Shown in pieces: positions 38,746 through 50,100 of a stretch of DNA of 64,000 nucleotides. The translations under genes were made by a program, and so were the position numbers. Positions within the stretch are counted from its first letter, which is position 1, and each line of letters begins with the position of its first letter. The notes beneath the pieces are model-generated. The model made no database searches. It was not told the DNA's origin and worked only from the letters and a program-made list of their open reading frames with translations. Origin of the DNA: Oligoflexia bacterium (GTDB lineage Bacteria; Bdellovibrionota_C; UBA2361; SZUA-149; DAOLCO01); assembly GCA_035327825.1 (NCBI GenBank), contig DAOLCO010000006.1, positions 59,308 to 123,307 on the forward strand. Direction: 5' to 3'.

Positions 38746-39243
38746 TTACCGAACTGATTTAACAGATGCACATCTCGGTGCATCCGGCTCTGTTCTGCAA
38801 AAGGAAAGAAGCTCTCTTCTTAGTTCATCCTTATAACTTTTTTCAGAACGAGCGGCATTAAGTGGATCAATTTTTGCGGCTCTATCAACATCAGAGTGCC
38901 TTCTGTAACGAGAATCAAGAAATTTCTGGCATTTATCTGATGTGGGGTTTTCTTCACAAAATTCTTTAACCTTATCCTGTCTGCTTTTTTCTGCTGAACT
39001 ATTGGAGGAATCAACATCTGAAGCATCGGAGTTGGTTACAACAGAGATTTTAGACTTTTCCGAATCTGAAGTTTCAATCTCAGCGTATTTCAGCTCCTCA
39101 AAAGTATCCATGTAATATCTCTTATCAAATTTTGCTCTGCTGTAATCTATAGTCCTACCTTCTTCAGAAAGAGAGTTATTGCTGAGGATGAAAAACAAAA
39201 TAAATATGATAATTATTTTCTGAAATTTAAGATAAGCTGACAT
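38746..39243 (-). CDS. secreted hypothetical protein (signal peptide, 4 Cys)
   Basis: 165 aa. N-terminal signal (IIIFILFFILSNNSLS). Charged helical body. Confidence 0.4.
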   Translation of the reverse strand: MSAYLKFQKIIIIFILFFILSNNSLSEEGRTIDYSRAKFDKRYYMDTFEELKYAEIETSDSEKSKISVVTNSDASDVDSSNSSAEKSRQDKVKEFCEENPTSDKCQKFLDSRYRRHSDVDRAAKIDPLNAARSEKSYKDELRRELLSFCRTEPDAPRCASVKSVR

Positions 39244-39418
39244 TTAATTGCTCCTCTTCTTTATAATGAATCGACCAGACTACAATTTATAATTTACATT
39301 CAAGTAATGACAATTGATCAATTATAATTGACCTATAATAATTACTTGAAGCTTGCCATCGATTCATCACCCTGATAACATCACAAAAGGTAAAACTTCA
39401 ATAATTTCGGAGTGTTTC

Positions 39419-39826
39419 GTGAAACCAACTGTTAATTCAAACTCGCAGTCACATAATATTTATTTTATCATGACCTTTGTGCTTTTATTTTGCATTCCCT
39501 TACATGCTTCAGCAGATCCCCTGATTGAAAAGGGTAAATCCGTTTATAATGGAGCTGGTGCATGTTCTTCCTGCCATGGCCCTGAAGGCGCAGGTGATGG
39601 GCCAGCCAGCGCAGCCCTTAACCCAAAACCTGCGAACTTTGTAATTGGAAATTATAGAATTGACACTGATGGTGATGGTGTGGCTGGCACTGAAAATGAT
39701 ATTTATAACATTATCACCAAAGGTGCTGCCGCTTTTGGTGGAAACATGATGATGGTTCCAAGGGCTGACCTTCCAGAAGAAGATAGAAGGGCATTAGCAA
39801 AATACGTAATTTCTTTGAAGAAGTAA
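39419..39826 (+). CDS. class I c-type cytochrome (monoheme); start probably GTG at 39419 (ORF-track start 39353 is too long)
   Basis: Heme-binding CSSCHG. A GGAG RBS sits 7 nt before the GTG. Signal peptide, then a ~100-aa mature domain ending in a conserved-looking Met-rich region (GGNMMMVP). Confidence 0.65.
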   Translation: MKPTVNSNSQSHNIYFIMTFVLLFCIPLHASADPLIEKGKSVYNGAGACSSCHGPEGAGDGPASAALNPKPANFVIGNYRIDTDGDGVAGTENDIYNIITKGAAAFGGNMMMVPRADLPEEDRRALAKYVISLKK

Positions 39827-39899
39827 TTGGAAGTCAAAGACCCTTTTTCGACATTAAGGCTGTTATTCAACTGTCCGAACTATAACAACAGCTTCTTAG

Positions 39900-40364
39900 T
39901 TATTCAGGCGGAAAATACGTGCATCGGTGATTAATACAAGAAACTACCCCATCCATACAGGTGTGGGTTTTACTGTCAGGTGAACATTTCACCTTTGAGC
40001 AAGAAAACTGCCTCTCAAAATCAGCCAAATGACTCCTGTTGATCGCAGTCATTGGGTCGCCCTGTAAACACTGGCAGCAACCATTAACTACCTGAACGCA
40101 ATCTGAGTCCTTCCCACAGTACTGATATTTTTTTAAATCCAGATCAGGAAGTGAATAAGGAGGTAATTTATCCTTTTTGTTTTCTTTGTTTATTCCAGAA
40201 CCACCTGAAACATTTATTTTGTTATCTGAATGACTTTTAAATTCTGGTATTCCATCTGCCAAGCTATTCTTTGATACTAGAAAAAATACAGATCCAAAAA
40301 GAAGAGCAGAAATGAAAATTTTATCAGAGAATTTTCGTAGCATGTAAAGTAATTGTAAGGACAT
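39900..40364 (-). CDS. secreted Cys-rich hypothetical protein
   Basis: 154 aa. Signal peptide. 12 Cys in the C-terminal 90 aa (CGKDSDCVQVVNGCCQC...). Confidence 0.4.
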   Translation of the reverse strand: MSLQLLYMLRKFSDKIFISALLFGSVFFLVSKNSLADGIPEFKSHSDNKINVSGGSGINKENKKDKLPPYSLPDLDLKKYQYCGKDSDCVQVVNGCCQCLQGDPMTAINRSHLADFERQFSCSKVKCSPDSKTHTCMDGVVSCINHRCTYFPPE

Positions 40365-40417
40365 AAATCATCAATAAAAAGTATGCTCTAAAAAATTTAG
40401 TCAGCAACCTAATTTAG

Positions 40418-41443
40418 TTATGCATTCTTTAAGGATAACTGTTGCAGACTAAAAAGAGTGTACTCTGCAGCTCCCCAAAGCCCGCTCTCCTGGTTATCCA
40501 CAAGGAATATAGGCACTAAATCAAGAAATGCCTTTTGTGTGTCGGAATTGGAAAAAGAATCAATGAAATCAGGGCCTTTAGCAAGAATTGGGTTTTTTGC
40601 AATTACACCACCTGTAATAAACACCCCACCACTAGAGAATGACTCCAAAGCAAAGCATTTACATGCTCTTCCAAGACTTCTTCTATAAAAACTTAGTACT
40701 GGTTTGACCTCTTTAGACTCGGTATTATTAAGAATAAGTCTCGCCACATCTTCGGGAGGAAGAACCTCGGAGTTAAAATACTCATACAAATAACTCAAAC
40801 CTCTTCCTGACAATACATGTTCAAATGATACGGATTTAGAGCCAAGCTTATTTTGCAAAAACTGAAGATATCCAAACTCTTCGAATGTCTCCACTGGGAA
40901 AGAAGCGTGTCCTCCTTCTGATGGAACCCCGATATAGGTGCGATCATTAACTGAATCGTGGATGTCTGAGTGCTTCACCAGAATAGCCTTACCCAGTCCA
41001 GTTCCTGGACCAATAACAGCAACAGTACCTGGTAATCGGACTCCAGGTTTAACACAAAGTGCATTCTCGGCAATTTTTCCAGCACAAGCATAGGCTTGAG
41101 CAAGAAAATCATTAATAAGGAAAATGGGAGCGCCTTTGAAAAATGGCTTTATATCTTCAATATCTATAGACCAGTTTATATTTGGAGGTTTACAATAACG
41201 ACCTCCAGTAACTGGACCTGCAGCTGCCACGCAAACGGCGTGAATATTCAAAAAGAAAGAGCTGCCCCCCTGATCAGAAATTTTAAGAGCAGAAAATAAT
41301 TCACCAAGAGAACCTGAATCAGATGTCCTTAGCCAAATGCTGCCTACTTGTAGAAGATCTTTAGATTCTGAATCAGATATCTCAAATAGCGAAAAGCGAC
41401 TATTTGTTCCACCGATATCTGCAACAAGTATTCTGGTAGTCAT
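40418..41443 (-). CDS. glk: glucokinase
   Basis: 341 aa. N-terminus ILVADIGGTNSRFSLFE, glucokinase-family layout. Confidence 0.8.
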   Translation of the reverse strand: MTTRILVADIGGTNSRFSLFEISDSESKDLLQVGSIWLRTSDSGSLGELFSALKISDQGGSSFFLNIHAVCVAAAGPVTGGRYCKPPNINWSIDIEDIKPFFKGAPIFLINDFLAQAYACAGKIAENALCVKPGVRLPGTVAVIGPGTGLGKAILVKHSDIHDSVNDRTYIGVPSEGGHASFPVETFEEFGYLQFLQNKLGSKSVSFEHVLSGRGLSYLYEYFNSEVLPPEDVARLILNNTESKEVKPVLSFYRRSLGRACKCFALESFSSGGVFITGGVIAKNPILAKGPDFIDSFSNSDTQKAFLDLVPIFLVDNQESGLWGAAEYTLFSLQQLSLKNA

Positions 41444-41591
41444 TATAATGGTTAAGGGAATCCTTTTAATAAATTCAAAGCATTATTTGATTTATTACAA
41501 CATAAAATAGCCTTTTAGAAGCCTCTTACTACTGGCAATCATCGAAATTAATGGATACAATATTCTGGTGAGCAAATAAGCGAGGGATTTA

Positions 41592-41903
41592 ATGGCAAAT
41601 TCGTGGGATAAGGGAGGTGATACCCTTACCAAAAAGAAAATCAATGTATCAGAGCCCAGAAAATACAGGGTCCTGCTGATTAATGACCATTACACTACGC
41701 AGGATTTTGTTGTTCTCATTCTCGAACAAGTTTTTAACAAGAATCCGGATGAAGCAAAATCTCTTATGCTTGATGTGCACACTAAAGGTAGTGCTCAGGT
41801 AGGAATCTATCCTAAAGAAGTAGCCGAAATGAAGGTTGCTATTGTTCATCATGTAGCTAGACAGAATCAGTTCCCTCTTAAATGCCATATGGAGCCTGTA
41901 TAA
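41592..41903 (+). CDS. clpS: ATP-dependent Clp protease adaptor ClpS
   Basis: 103 aa. KYRVLLINDHYTTQDFVVLILEQVF core. Confidence 0.85.
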   Translation: MANSWDKGGDTLTKKKINVSEPRKYRVLLINDHYTTQDFVVLILEQVFNKNPDEAKSLMLDVHTKGSAQVGIYPKEVAEMKVAIVHHVARQNQFPLKCHMEPV

Positions 41904-41907
41904 AAAT

Positions 41908-44307
41908 ATGGCAAAACTGGAAAAAGAAGTAGAACTAATACTCGAAAGAGCTTCAGCAGAGGCAAAAGAACGAAGACACGAATATCTTTGCCTGGAACAT
42001 ATATTGTATTCAATCCTTTTTGAGGAAAAAGGAACAACAATACTTAGAGCATGTGGGGCTAATGTTTCTCGTCTGAAGATAAGGCTTGAACAGTTTTTCT
42101 CATCAAATCTTGAGAGAATGAATATTTCTCTTCACACTCCACCCCAAACATTGGCTGTTCAAAGAGTCCTTCAGAGAGCAGTACTCCATTCAGAGTATTC
42201 CAGCGCAAAGACTCTTACAGTAGGTGATCTGATAGCTGCTCTTTATACTGAAGGAGAGTCTCACTCAGTGTATTTTCTACTAGAAGAAGGAATAGAAAGA
42301 CTGGATGTTCTTGATTACATATCTCATGGCCCAAGGCTTGAATATATGGAGGACGCAGAGATAGATGAACTTTTTGATGAGATTGAAGGAATTAATCTGG
42401 ACGAAGATGATGACAATGATTATGAGGACGATGAAGAAGAAGATTCCTTTTCAAAAAAGCCCAAAAAACCTCAGTCTATCTGTGAAGATCTTACCAAACT
42501 TGCTAGAGATGGAAAGCTTGATCCACTGATTGGACGAGAAAAAGAACTGGAACAGCTTGTTCAAATTCTTTCAAGACGACTAAAAAATAATCCTCTCCTT
42601 GTTGGAGATCAAGGTGTTGGCAAAACTGCTATTATTGAAGGTCTTGCTCTTAAAATTGCTGAAGGATCAGTTCCTTCAAATCTCAAGGAATCAAAAATTC
42701 TTTCACTGAATCTTGGCAATCTTCTTGCTGGAACCAGATATCGCGGTGATTTTGAACAGAGGCTAAAAACCTTAATTGAATCTCTAAAAAAAGATCCTTC
42801 TGCGATTCTTTTTATAGACGAGATACACAATCTGGTAGGAGCAGGGGCAACAAGTGGATCTACTCTTGATGCAGCAAATTTGCTTAAACCTGTTCTTGCT
42901 AGGGGTGAACTAAAATGTATTGGAAGTACAACTTTCGAGGAATACAAAAGGCATTTCGAAAAAGATCGCGCACTAAGCAGACGTTTTCTTAAAGTTGATA
43001 TAAATGAACCTTCAGTTGATGAAGCTATTAAAATTTTATCGGGACTTAAATCCCAATTCGAGAATTTTCATGGTATTCAATACACTCCCGCAGCAGTTAA
43101 AGCTGCCGTTAAATTGTCTGTGAAGTATATTCATGACAGATTTCTTCCGGACAAGGCGATTGATCTTCTTGACGAAGTTGGAGCTCGACTTAAGCTCGAA
43201 CAGGAAAAGGAAAGAAGTACTTCCTCTGATGAAGCTAAAAAGGTAAAAACTATCTCTGTTCGAGCAAGAGATATTGAATCGCTTTTATCTCAAACGAGAA
43301 ATATTCCAGAAATAAGTATTTCGACAAATGAAAATGAGAGACTCAAGGATCTTGAACCAGAAATAAGAAAGTTTATCTATGGTCAGGATCAGGCTGTTGA
43401 ATCTGTTACAAAAGCTATTTTAAGATCCAGAGCTGGTCTTGGTAATCTTAAAAGACCAGTCGGATCATTTCTACTTGTCGGACCAACTGGTGTTGGTAAA
43501 ACCGAACTTGCAAGACAACTTGCACGAGTACTCGGAATGAAGCTTCATAAATTTGACATGAGTGAATATCAGGAAAAACATACTATTTCTAGATTAATCG
43601 GTGCCCCGCCAGGTTATGTTGGTCATGAACAGGGGGGCCTTCTTACTGATGCCGTTCTTAAATCTCCAATGTCTATAATCCTTCTGGATGAGATAGAAAA
43701 AGCACATCACGATATCTATAATGTACTACTCCAGATTATGGATGATGGTGTACTGACAGATGGAACCGGGAGAAAGGCCCATTTCTCTGAGTGTGTCGTT
43801 GTTATGACATCAAATGTCGGGTCTGAGAATGTATCTGGTGTACCAATGGGATTTGCAAATACTTCAAGAGGTATTGATACCGGCGCACTTGAAAAGACAT
43901 TCAGGCCTGAGTTTAGAAACCGTTTGGATGCCATAATCAAATTTAAAGCCCTTCCAATCGAGGTTGTTGAACAGGTTGTTGATAAGTTTGTGTCTGATAT
44001 TGATAGCCAGCTTAGAGAAAAAAAAGCTTCTCTGACACTATCTTCCTCCGCCAGACGATGGTTTGCTGAAAAGGGTTTCAATCCAGAATATGGTGCAAGA
44101 AATGTGTACCGCCTTGTTCAAAAAGAAATTAAAGACCGGCTGGCTGAAGAAATCCTTTTTGGGGAACTAAAAGGTGGCGGTGAAGCCAAAGTTGACGTAA
44201 GAGATGATTCAATTTTCTTCACATTTACAGCAAGAAAAACCACAAAAAGGAAAAAGAAAGGTCGACTAGCTCTTATGGCTCCAGAAACAGATCATGGAGC
44301 AGAGTAA
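41908..44307 (+). CDS. clpA: ATP-dependent Clp protease ATP-binding subunit ClpA
   Basis: 799 aa. N-domain repeats, two AAA+ modules (GDQGVGKTA; GPTGVGKTE). Acidic insertion DEDDDNDYEDDEEED in the linker. Directly downstream of clpS. Confidence 0.9.
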   Translation: MAKLEKEVELILERASAEAKERRHEYLCLEHILYSILFEEKGTTILRACGANVSRLKIRLEQFFSSNLERMNISLHTPPQTLAVQRVLQRAVLHSEYSSAKTLTVGDLIAALYTEGESHSVYFLLEEGIERLDVLDYISHGPRLEYMEDAEIDELFDEIEGINLDEDDDNDYEDDEEEDSFSKKPKKPQSICEDLTKLARDGKLDPLIGREKELEQLVQILSRRLKNNPLLVGDQGVGKTAIIEGLALKIAEGSVPSNLKESKILSLNLGNLLAGTRYRGDFEQRLKTLIESLKKDPSAILFIDEIHNLVGAGATSGSTLDAANLLKPVLARGELKCIGSTTFEEYKRHFEKDRALSRRFLKVDINEPSVDEAIKILSGLKSQFENFHGIQYTPAAVKAAVKLSVKYIHDRFLPDKAIDLLDEVGARLKLEQEKERSTSSDEAKKVKTISVRARDIESLLSQTRNIPEISISTNENERLKDLEPEIRKFIYGQDQAVESVTKAILRSRAGLGNLKRPVGSFLLVGPTGVGKTELARQLARVLGMKLHKFDMSEYQEKHTISRLIGAPPGYVGHEQGGLLTDAVLKSPMSIILLDEIEKAHHDIYNVLLQIMDDGVLTDGTGRKAHFSECVVVMTSNVGSENVSGVPMGFANTSRGIDTGALEKTFRPEFRNRLDAIIKFKALPIEVVEQVVDKFVSDIDSQLREKKASLTLSSSARRWFAEKGFNPEYGARNVYRLVQKEIKDRLAEEILFGELKGGGEAKVDVRDDSIFFTFTARKTTKRKKKGRLALMAPETDHGAE

Positions 44308-44349
44308 CTTTTATAAAAAAATATTATAATACTTTATCTTAAATATTTT

Positions 44350-44772
44350 ATGTCCAGTCCTTATTGCACTCTTTGCTCAGGAAAATATGAAGGTAACCTG
44401 CTTGTTACAACAACACATGAGCTATCCGGCAGCACGTTATTAACCGATGCTCCGGTCGATAATCAAGGCAGAGGTTCTTCATTTTCCCCCACTGATCTTG
44501 TCGGAGTAGCTTTGGGAACATGCATTCTGACTACTATGGGAATAATTGCAAAAAGAGACGAAATTGATATTGATGGTAGCAAATTTTCTGTCGAAAAAAT
44601 GATGTCAGATAATCAACCACGAAAAATTACAATGCTTAAAGTTAATTTCAACCTTCCCATTAGTATTCCTTCTGATTATCGAAAAAAACTTGAAGGGTGT
44701 ACTCACGCTTGTCCTGTTCACCGAGCTTTACATCCTGATATCAAAATTGATTTCAGTTTTTCTTATGAATAA
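44350..44772 (+). CDS. OsmC/Ohr-family peroxiredoxin-like protein
   Basis: 140 aa. Two conserved Cys regions (ALGTCILTT; GCTHACPV). Confidence 0.75.
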   Translation: MSSPYCTLCSGKYEGNLLVTTTHELSGSTLLTDAPVDNQGRGSSFSPTDLVGVALGTCILTTMGIIAKRDEIDIDGSKFSVEKMMSDNQPRKITMLKVNFNLPISIPSDYRKKLEGCTHACPVHRALHPDIKIDFSFSYE

Positions 44773-44802
44773 TATTTAATTATTTTAAAAAAATTAAATA
44801 TT
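44771..44802. terminator. AT-rich perfect palindrome between convergent genes (bidirectional terminator candidate)
   Basis: AATATTTAATT-attttaaaaa-AATTAAATATT. Confidence 0.45.
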
Positions 44803-44808
44803 ATAATT

Positions 44809-45762
44809 TTATTTTATTAATTTCTTTGCTTCAGACATAAAACTCTTTATACGTTCTGGAAGTGGAGATTCAAAATACAATGACTTCCCAGTTACTGGGT
44901 GGGTAAAACCTAAACTGGTTGCATGAAGAGCAAGTGATTTTTCTTTCCAAAGTGGGTGCTTGGCGCGACCAGGGCTATAACGTTTATCTCCTAATACAGG
45001 ATTGCCACGCTCTGAAAAGTGAACACGAATCTGGTTCCTTCTTCCGGTATCCAGCTTGATTTTAAGAACTGATGCATCATTTAATTCCTGAATCACGGAA
45101 TAATGCGTACAAGCATATTTTGCACCATTCATGGCCCTTGATCGAGTTTCAGTATCAGAAATATTATCAACAGAATATTGATTGAGATCTTTGTCAGTTG
45201 ATAAATATGATTCAATAATTCCTGATTTATCTTTTAGATAGCCTCTCACAATTGCGCAGTATTCACGATTTGGTTTCCTGTTTTCAAATTGTTGTCTGAG
45301 CTTATTTGCAGTACCTTGACTCTTTGCAAAAACCAGTAAACCGGAAGTATCACGATCCAGTCGGTGTATAACTTCAAGACTTCGAACACTTGATATCGAT
45401 TCATGGAGTTGATCGATAAGACTACTCCCACGACCAGCTCCTGATTCTGTAGGAACTGTGAGAACACCAGGTGATTTATTTACTACAACTAAATGTCCAT
45501 CTTCAAAAATAATACTGTAATCATTGCTGATATTTAGTTTTTTTTTCTCTTTATATCTTTTGGTGTCATCATAAGTCAATGTAACCTTCTCACCCTTCCC
45601 AACTTTTGTACCAGGATTAAGGCAAACAACTCCGTTATAACTTACACAACTATTTTGAAAAAGGGCTCTAATTTGAGAACGGGGTAAATTTAAATGTTCG
45701 CGCACTGGCGCATCAATTGGACCATCATTACTGGCAATAAGAGTTACAGTTTTTAATGTCAC
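44809..45762 (-). CDS. RluA-family 23S rRNA pseudouridine synthase (RluD/RluC-like, N-terminal S4 domain)
   Basis: 317 aa. Catalytic motif HRLDRDTSGLLVFAKS. Confidence 0.8.
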   Translation of the reverse strand: MTLKTVTLIASNDGPIDAPVREHLNLPRSQIRALFQNSCVSYNGVVCLNPGTKVGKGEKVTLTYDDTKRYKEKKKLNISNDYSIIFEDGHLVVVNKSPGVLTVPTESGAGRGSSLIDQLHESISSVRSLEVIHRLDRDTSGLLVFAKSQGTANKLRQQFENRKPNREYCAIVRGYLKDKSGIIESYLSTDKDLNQYSVDNISDTETRSRAMNGAKYACTHYSVIQELNDASVLKIKLDTGRRNQIRVHFSERGNPVLGDKRYSPGRAKHPLWKEKSLALHATSLGFTHPVTGKSLYFESPLPERIKSFMSEAKKLIK

Positions 45763-45784
45763 AGTACAGAATATCCCATCTTAT

Positions 45785-47056
45785 CTAATAATGGGCAACC
45801 TGACCATGACTTGAGCCAGACTTGCTGCTGCCAATCAGGGCATCAACAAATTCTTCAGCATCAAATGGTCTAAGGTCAGCAACTGACTCCCCTACTCCAA
45901 TGTATCTTACTGGAAGACCTAGTTCATCTTTGATTGCTATAACAATTCCGCCCTTTGGAGTTCCGTCCAGTTTTGTAATAACAATACCAGTAAGACCAAC
46001 AGAAGCATTAAACTCTCTAGCTTGCTGTAAAGCATTTTGGCCACTTGATCCATCGACAACAAGAATAGTCTCGTGAGGAGCGCCAGGCTGCTCTCGGGAT
46101 ATAATTGACAAAATCCCTGATAATTCCTTCATAAGATTAACTCTTGTATGTAGTCGACCTGCGGTATCTATCAACAGAACATCAAAATTTTCATCTTTTG
46201 CCCTATTCACAGCCCTATAGGCTACAGTGCTTGGTTTTTCTCCTTCAGATCCTTTTTCTATAGCTGCAGCAGCACGATCCTTCCAGATTTCAAGTTGTCC
46301 TGCAGCTGCGGCACGAAATGTGTCACAGGCAGCTATAAGAACCTTTTTACCTTGCGCCTGATACTGAAAGGCAAGTTTCCCAATTGTTGTAGTTTTGCCA
46401 GCACCATTAACCCCTACAACAAGAATAACCTTAGGCTGCCCCTGCACCTTGCATGGTTCAATCTCAGGCTCATCGGAATTGTAAAGAATACCAAGAATCT
46501 TTTCTCTTAAACTTTCCTCAATGATTTGAGAATTCAGTGGTTCGTTTCCTGTCTCAGATTTTATCTCTGAAATTAATCTTGTACTGGTTCGTACGCCTAG
46601 ATCACTTTCAATTAACAACTCCTCAAATGCGACCAATACATCTTCAATATTACTTGCCTCACCTGAAGAACGTTTAAAAATATCTCTTAATCCGGCCCAG
46701 AATGAATTTCTTGACCTGGCAAGCTTGTCAGAAAGTAGTACAATAGATTGATCATTCTGTAGTAGATTTAAAGAACGATCCGTATTTCCTTTAATCTCAG
46801 GACTTTCAATGAGCAGTTCGTGCGATTTTACAGTTTCTAAAACTGTTACCGGAAAACTTTTTCCGGATTCATAAGATTGATTTTCAAATTGTGAATTATC
46901 TAAAGATTGTATCGAAGGATTTTTTTTTCGGTTTTTTAGAATTTCAATTATAATTGCTAAAACAACAAGAAAAAGGCCAGTAATTGTAAACTTCCAGGAG
47001 TTTGACACTGTCATTAGAGACAGTAATGGTTCTAATAAAAAAATTAAATATTCCAT
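45785..47056 (-). CDS. ftsY: signal recognition particle receptor FtsY (N-terminal membrane anchor)
   Basis: 423 aa. N-terminal TM. NG domain with GVNGAGKTTTIGKLA, DTAGR, TKLDG. Confidence 0.9.
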   Translation of the reverse strand: MEYLIFLLEPLLSLMTVSNSWKFTITGLFLVVLAIIIEILKNRKKNPSIQSLDNSQFENQSYESGKSFPVTVLETVKSHELLIESPEIKGNTDRSLNLLQNDQSIVLLSDKLARSRNSFWAGLRDIFKRSSGEASNIEDVLVAFEELLIESDLGVRTSTRLISEIKSETGNEPLNSQIIEESLREKILGILYNSDEPEIEPCKVQGQPKVILVVGVNGAGKTTTIGKLAFQYQAQGKKVLIAACDTFRAAAAGQLEIWKDRAAAAIEKGSEGEKPSTVAYRAVNRAKDENFDVLLIDTAGRLHTRVNLMKELSGILSIISREQPGAPHETILVVDGSSGQNALQQAREFNASVGLTGIVITKLDGTPKGGIVIAIKDELGLPVRYIGVGESVADLRPFDAEEFVDALIGSSKSGSSHGQVAHY

Positions 47057-47111
47057 TACCTGCTAACCTCTTATGATTTTGCTCAATAGAAAGCTTTAAA
47101 ACAAAATAGCT

Positions 47112-50100
47112 CTATCCGTTTACTGCCCATTTTTCGATTTCGCTTGCTGCATCCTCAAGATTTACCGTAATAGCAGTTGTAACACCACTTTCCTGCATTG
47201 TAATGCCAATCAAACGATCAACAGCCTGCATACTCAATTTATTGTGCGTAATAAGTAAAAACTGTGTTTTATCGGAAATTTCCCGAATCAGTTCAAGAAA
47301 ACGCTCAAGATTTGCATCATCAAGAGGAGCATCAACTTCATCAAGAACACATATTGGTCCTGGATGATACAAGTAAACTGAAACTAGTACCGCAGTTGCA
47401 ACCAGAGCCTTTTCTCCTCCAGATAGCAACTCCATTGTAGTAATCTTTTTACCAGGAGGTCGCACCACTATATTAATACCACTTTGCAAAGGATCATCGG
47501 GATTTATAAGCTCCAGGTGCCCAGAACCACCACCAAATAGTCGAGGAACCAGTTGCTCAAATTTCTCACTGACAACTGTAAAAGTATTCAGAAAACGAAT
47601 CCTTGAAAGTTCTTTTAACTGCTTTATTGTTCTCTCTAGTGTAGCTTTAGCTGAAGTAAGATCTTCCATTTGCCGGTTCATACTTTCAAGTCTTTGCTCT
47701 TCAATTTCGCAAAGCTCAATTGACTGAGGATCTACTTCTCCTTCTCTCTCCAACCTTCTTCTTAAAGATCCCGACAAATCCAAAAGGCGCTCAAGTTCCC
47801 GATCAATCTGACCGCCTTTTTCCTGCATCAGCGACCTCGCAGTTGGCTCGTCAATCAAGCTGAAGGAATCATCCTCTGGATAATACTTTCTGATATCTTC
47901 TGTCATAAGATCAAGTTCTACTTGAGCTTTATCGACAGATCCAGAAATTTGTCGAAGTGTCCGCTCCAGTGACTCTCTGACCCGCCTTAATTCAGATTGC
48001 CCATAACGGATTTCTCCAATCTGCTTCAAATAACCAAGTCTCAGATTCTCCTGTTCTTCAATCTGCCCCTCAAGCATCCTGATCTTGTTCTGATCCTCAC
48101 GGGAAGAATCCGAAGAAGCAGCCTGAGCAGCTTGAGTAACTGAGAAAGTTGTAGTTTTTATTTCTTCTTCAATTCTGGAAAGTTCGAATATACATTCCTG
48201 ATTGCTACTCTCCAGTAACTCATCCTCACGCTTCAGCCTCTCAATATCTCTCCTTACAGCATCCGTATCAGAAATTATTTTGGCAAGGGTTTGTTGAGTA
48301 TTAGACAAAATCAATGCTTCTTCACGCTCAATAACCTGAAATTCATTCCTTAAATTACGTTCTTTGGATCTGAGTTCTTCAGCTTGCCTTCTGTTCTCTT
48401 CTCCCTGCCTCCTGAATAAATCAGACAAGTCTTTTTGAAGTTGATGTAGCTCAAGTCGACTATTATTTCTTAAATCAATTTTCTCGCGGGTAGCTGACAA
48501 ACGGTCTTCTACCTGATTTAATCTTTGGGATATATCTTCAAGAATTTTTACATACCCTTCCCGATCATCTTTTAGTTTTGAAAGCCTTCGGGTAAAAGAA
48601 AAATTCACACCTTCTCCTTCAGTGGAATACCAACCCCATGGTGTTATAAGAGCACCAGACTTAAGAACTATAAGAAAATTATCTTTTATATCTCCAGTAA
48701 CATTACGAAGCTGCTCTCTGAAACTAAATGCGACATCAATGTCTGAAGCGACAAAGACCCCATTAAGAAGTTTATTTACTACTCCCTCAAAACCTGGTTC
48801 AACTTCGATAACATTAGCGAGCGGGCTTATTCCAAAAGGTAATTCTCCGGATAAAAGTGTTTGTTCCAGGTTGTCTTTAGCAATATTGAAATGATCTTTA
48901 TTCAGCACTCCGATACGTCTCTTCTGTGCTGAATTTTCAGAATTTTTCAGGTAGTCCCTAAGTAACTCAGTAGACTGTGAGCTTATCAGGAATTCCGCTC
49001 TCTCACCCAGTGCACCCTGCAAGGCCCTTTCATATTCTTCGGGTACTTTAATTACAGATAACAAAACCCTTTCGCCCGTATCGCTTTGTACGAAAGAACG
49101 TCCTGTAACCTGAAGAGTATGTTCGGTAAAGGTCTCAAGCTGCTTTTCTATAGCTTTAATCTCACTATCAATTGCAGTAAGAATTTTTTCAGTATCTGAT
49201 TTTTCTTTTTCAATATTTTTTAATGTTTTTGAATCTGAATTGGCAGCATCACGCAGTAATTCAGCATCACGTAAAGATTCTTCCAGTTCTTCAATTCTTA
49301 TCTTTAAAGATGAAATTTGACTACCGGTAGAACCATCTGCCTCTTGCTTTAATCCATCTGAAAACGAACTCTCTTCAACAAATTTCTGAATTTTGTTTGC
49401 ATGATATACCAGTAACTCATCAAGTTTCTTTTTCTGATTCCTTACTGCCTCCTCACTAACACTTGCTTGCTTAGTTAAACGATCAAGTTCAGTTGTGTTT
49501 ATATCTATATGAATTTTTATATCTTCTTTTCTCTTTTTATCTGCTAATAACCTTGAATTCAAATAATTCCGGTTACTTTCAAGAGATGCAAGCTTTACTC
49601 TTGTATTTTGAAGTCGGGCCTCAAGTTCCATAAGAGAACGTGAGCACTGATCTTTCTCCCGACGAAGTGACTGAATATTAACCTCTGCATCATGAAGCTC
49701 TGCCTCAAATTCGGAAATTTTTGCATCTTGTTCCTGAATCTCTCCACCACCTTCTTCCAATTTGCGTTCTAATGTGGAGCGTTCAAGATTTCCAGAATAA
49801 ATTTCTGTAATTAATCTGGCGCTTTTAAGCATAAACAAGTCTTTCTCTGCAGCATGTAGCTCATCTTTAAGATCTTGTCTTACTCTAGCTCGCTGTGCCT
49901 GACGTCTTAGTACACGAACCTGTTTTTCGACTTCAAGAATGATATCTGATAATCGTTTAAGATTATCGTCTGTTCTTTCAAGACGTCTGATTGCTGCTTC
50001 CATTTTGGTTCTGAAACCGGAGATGCCAGCGGCCTCCTCCAATAACTCTCTGCGTTCTGAAGGTTTTTTTGAAATAAACTGACCAATTTGTCCCTGCTGC

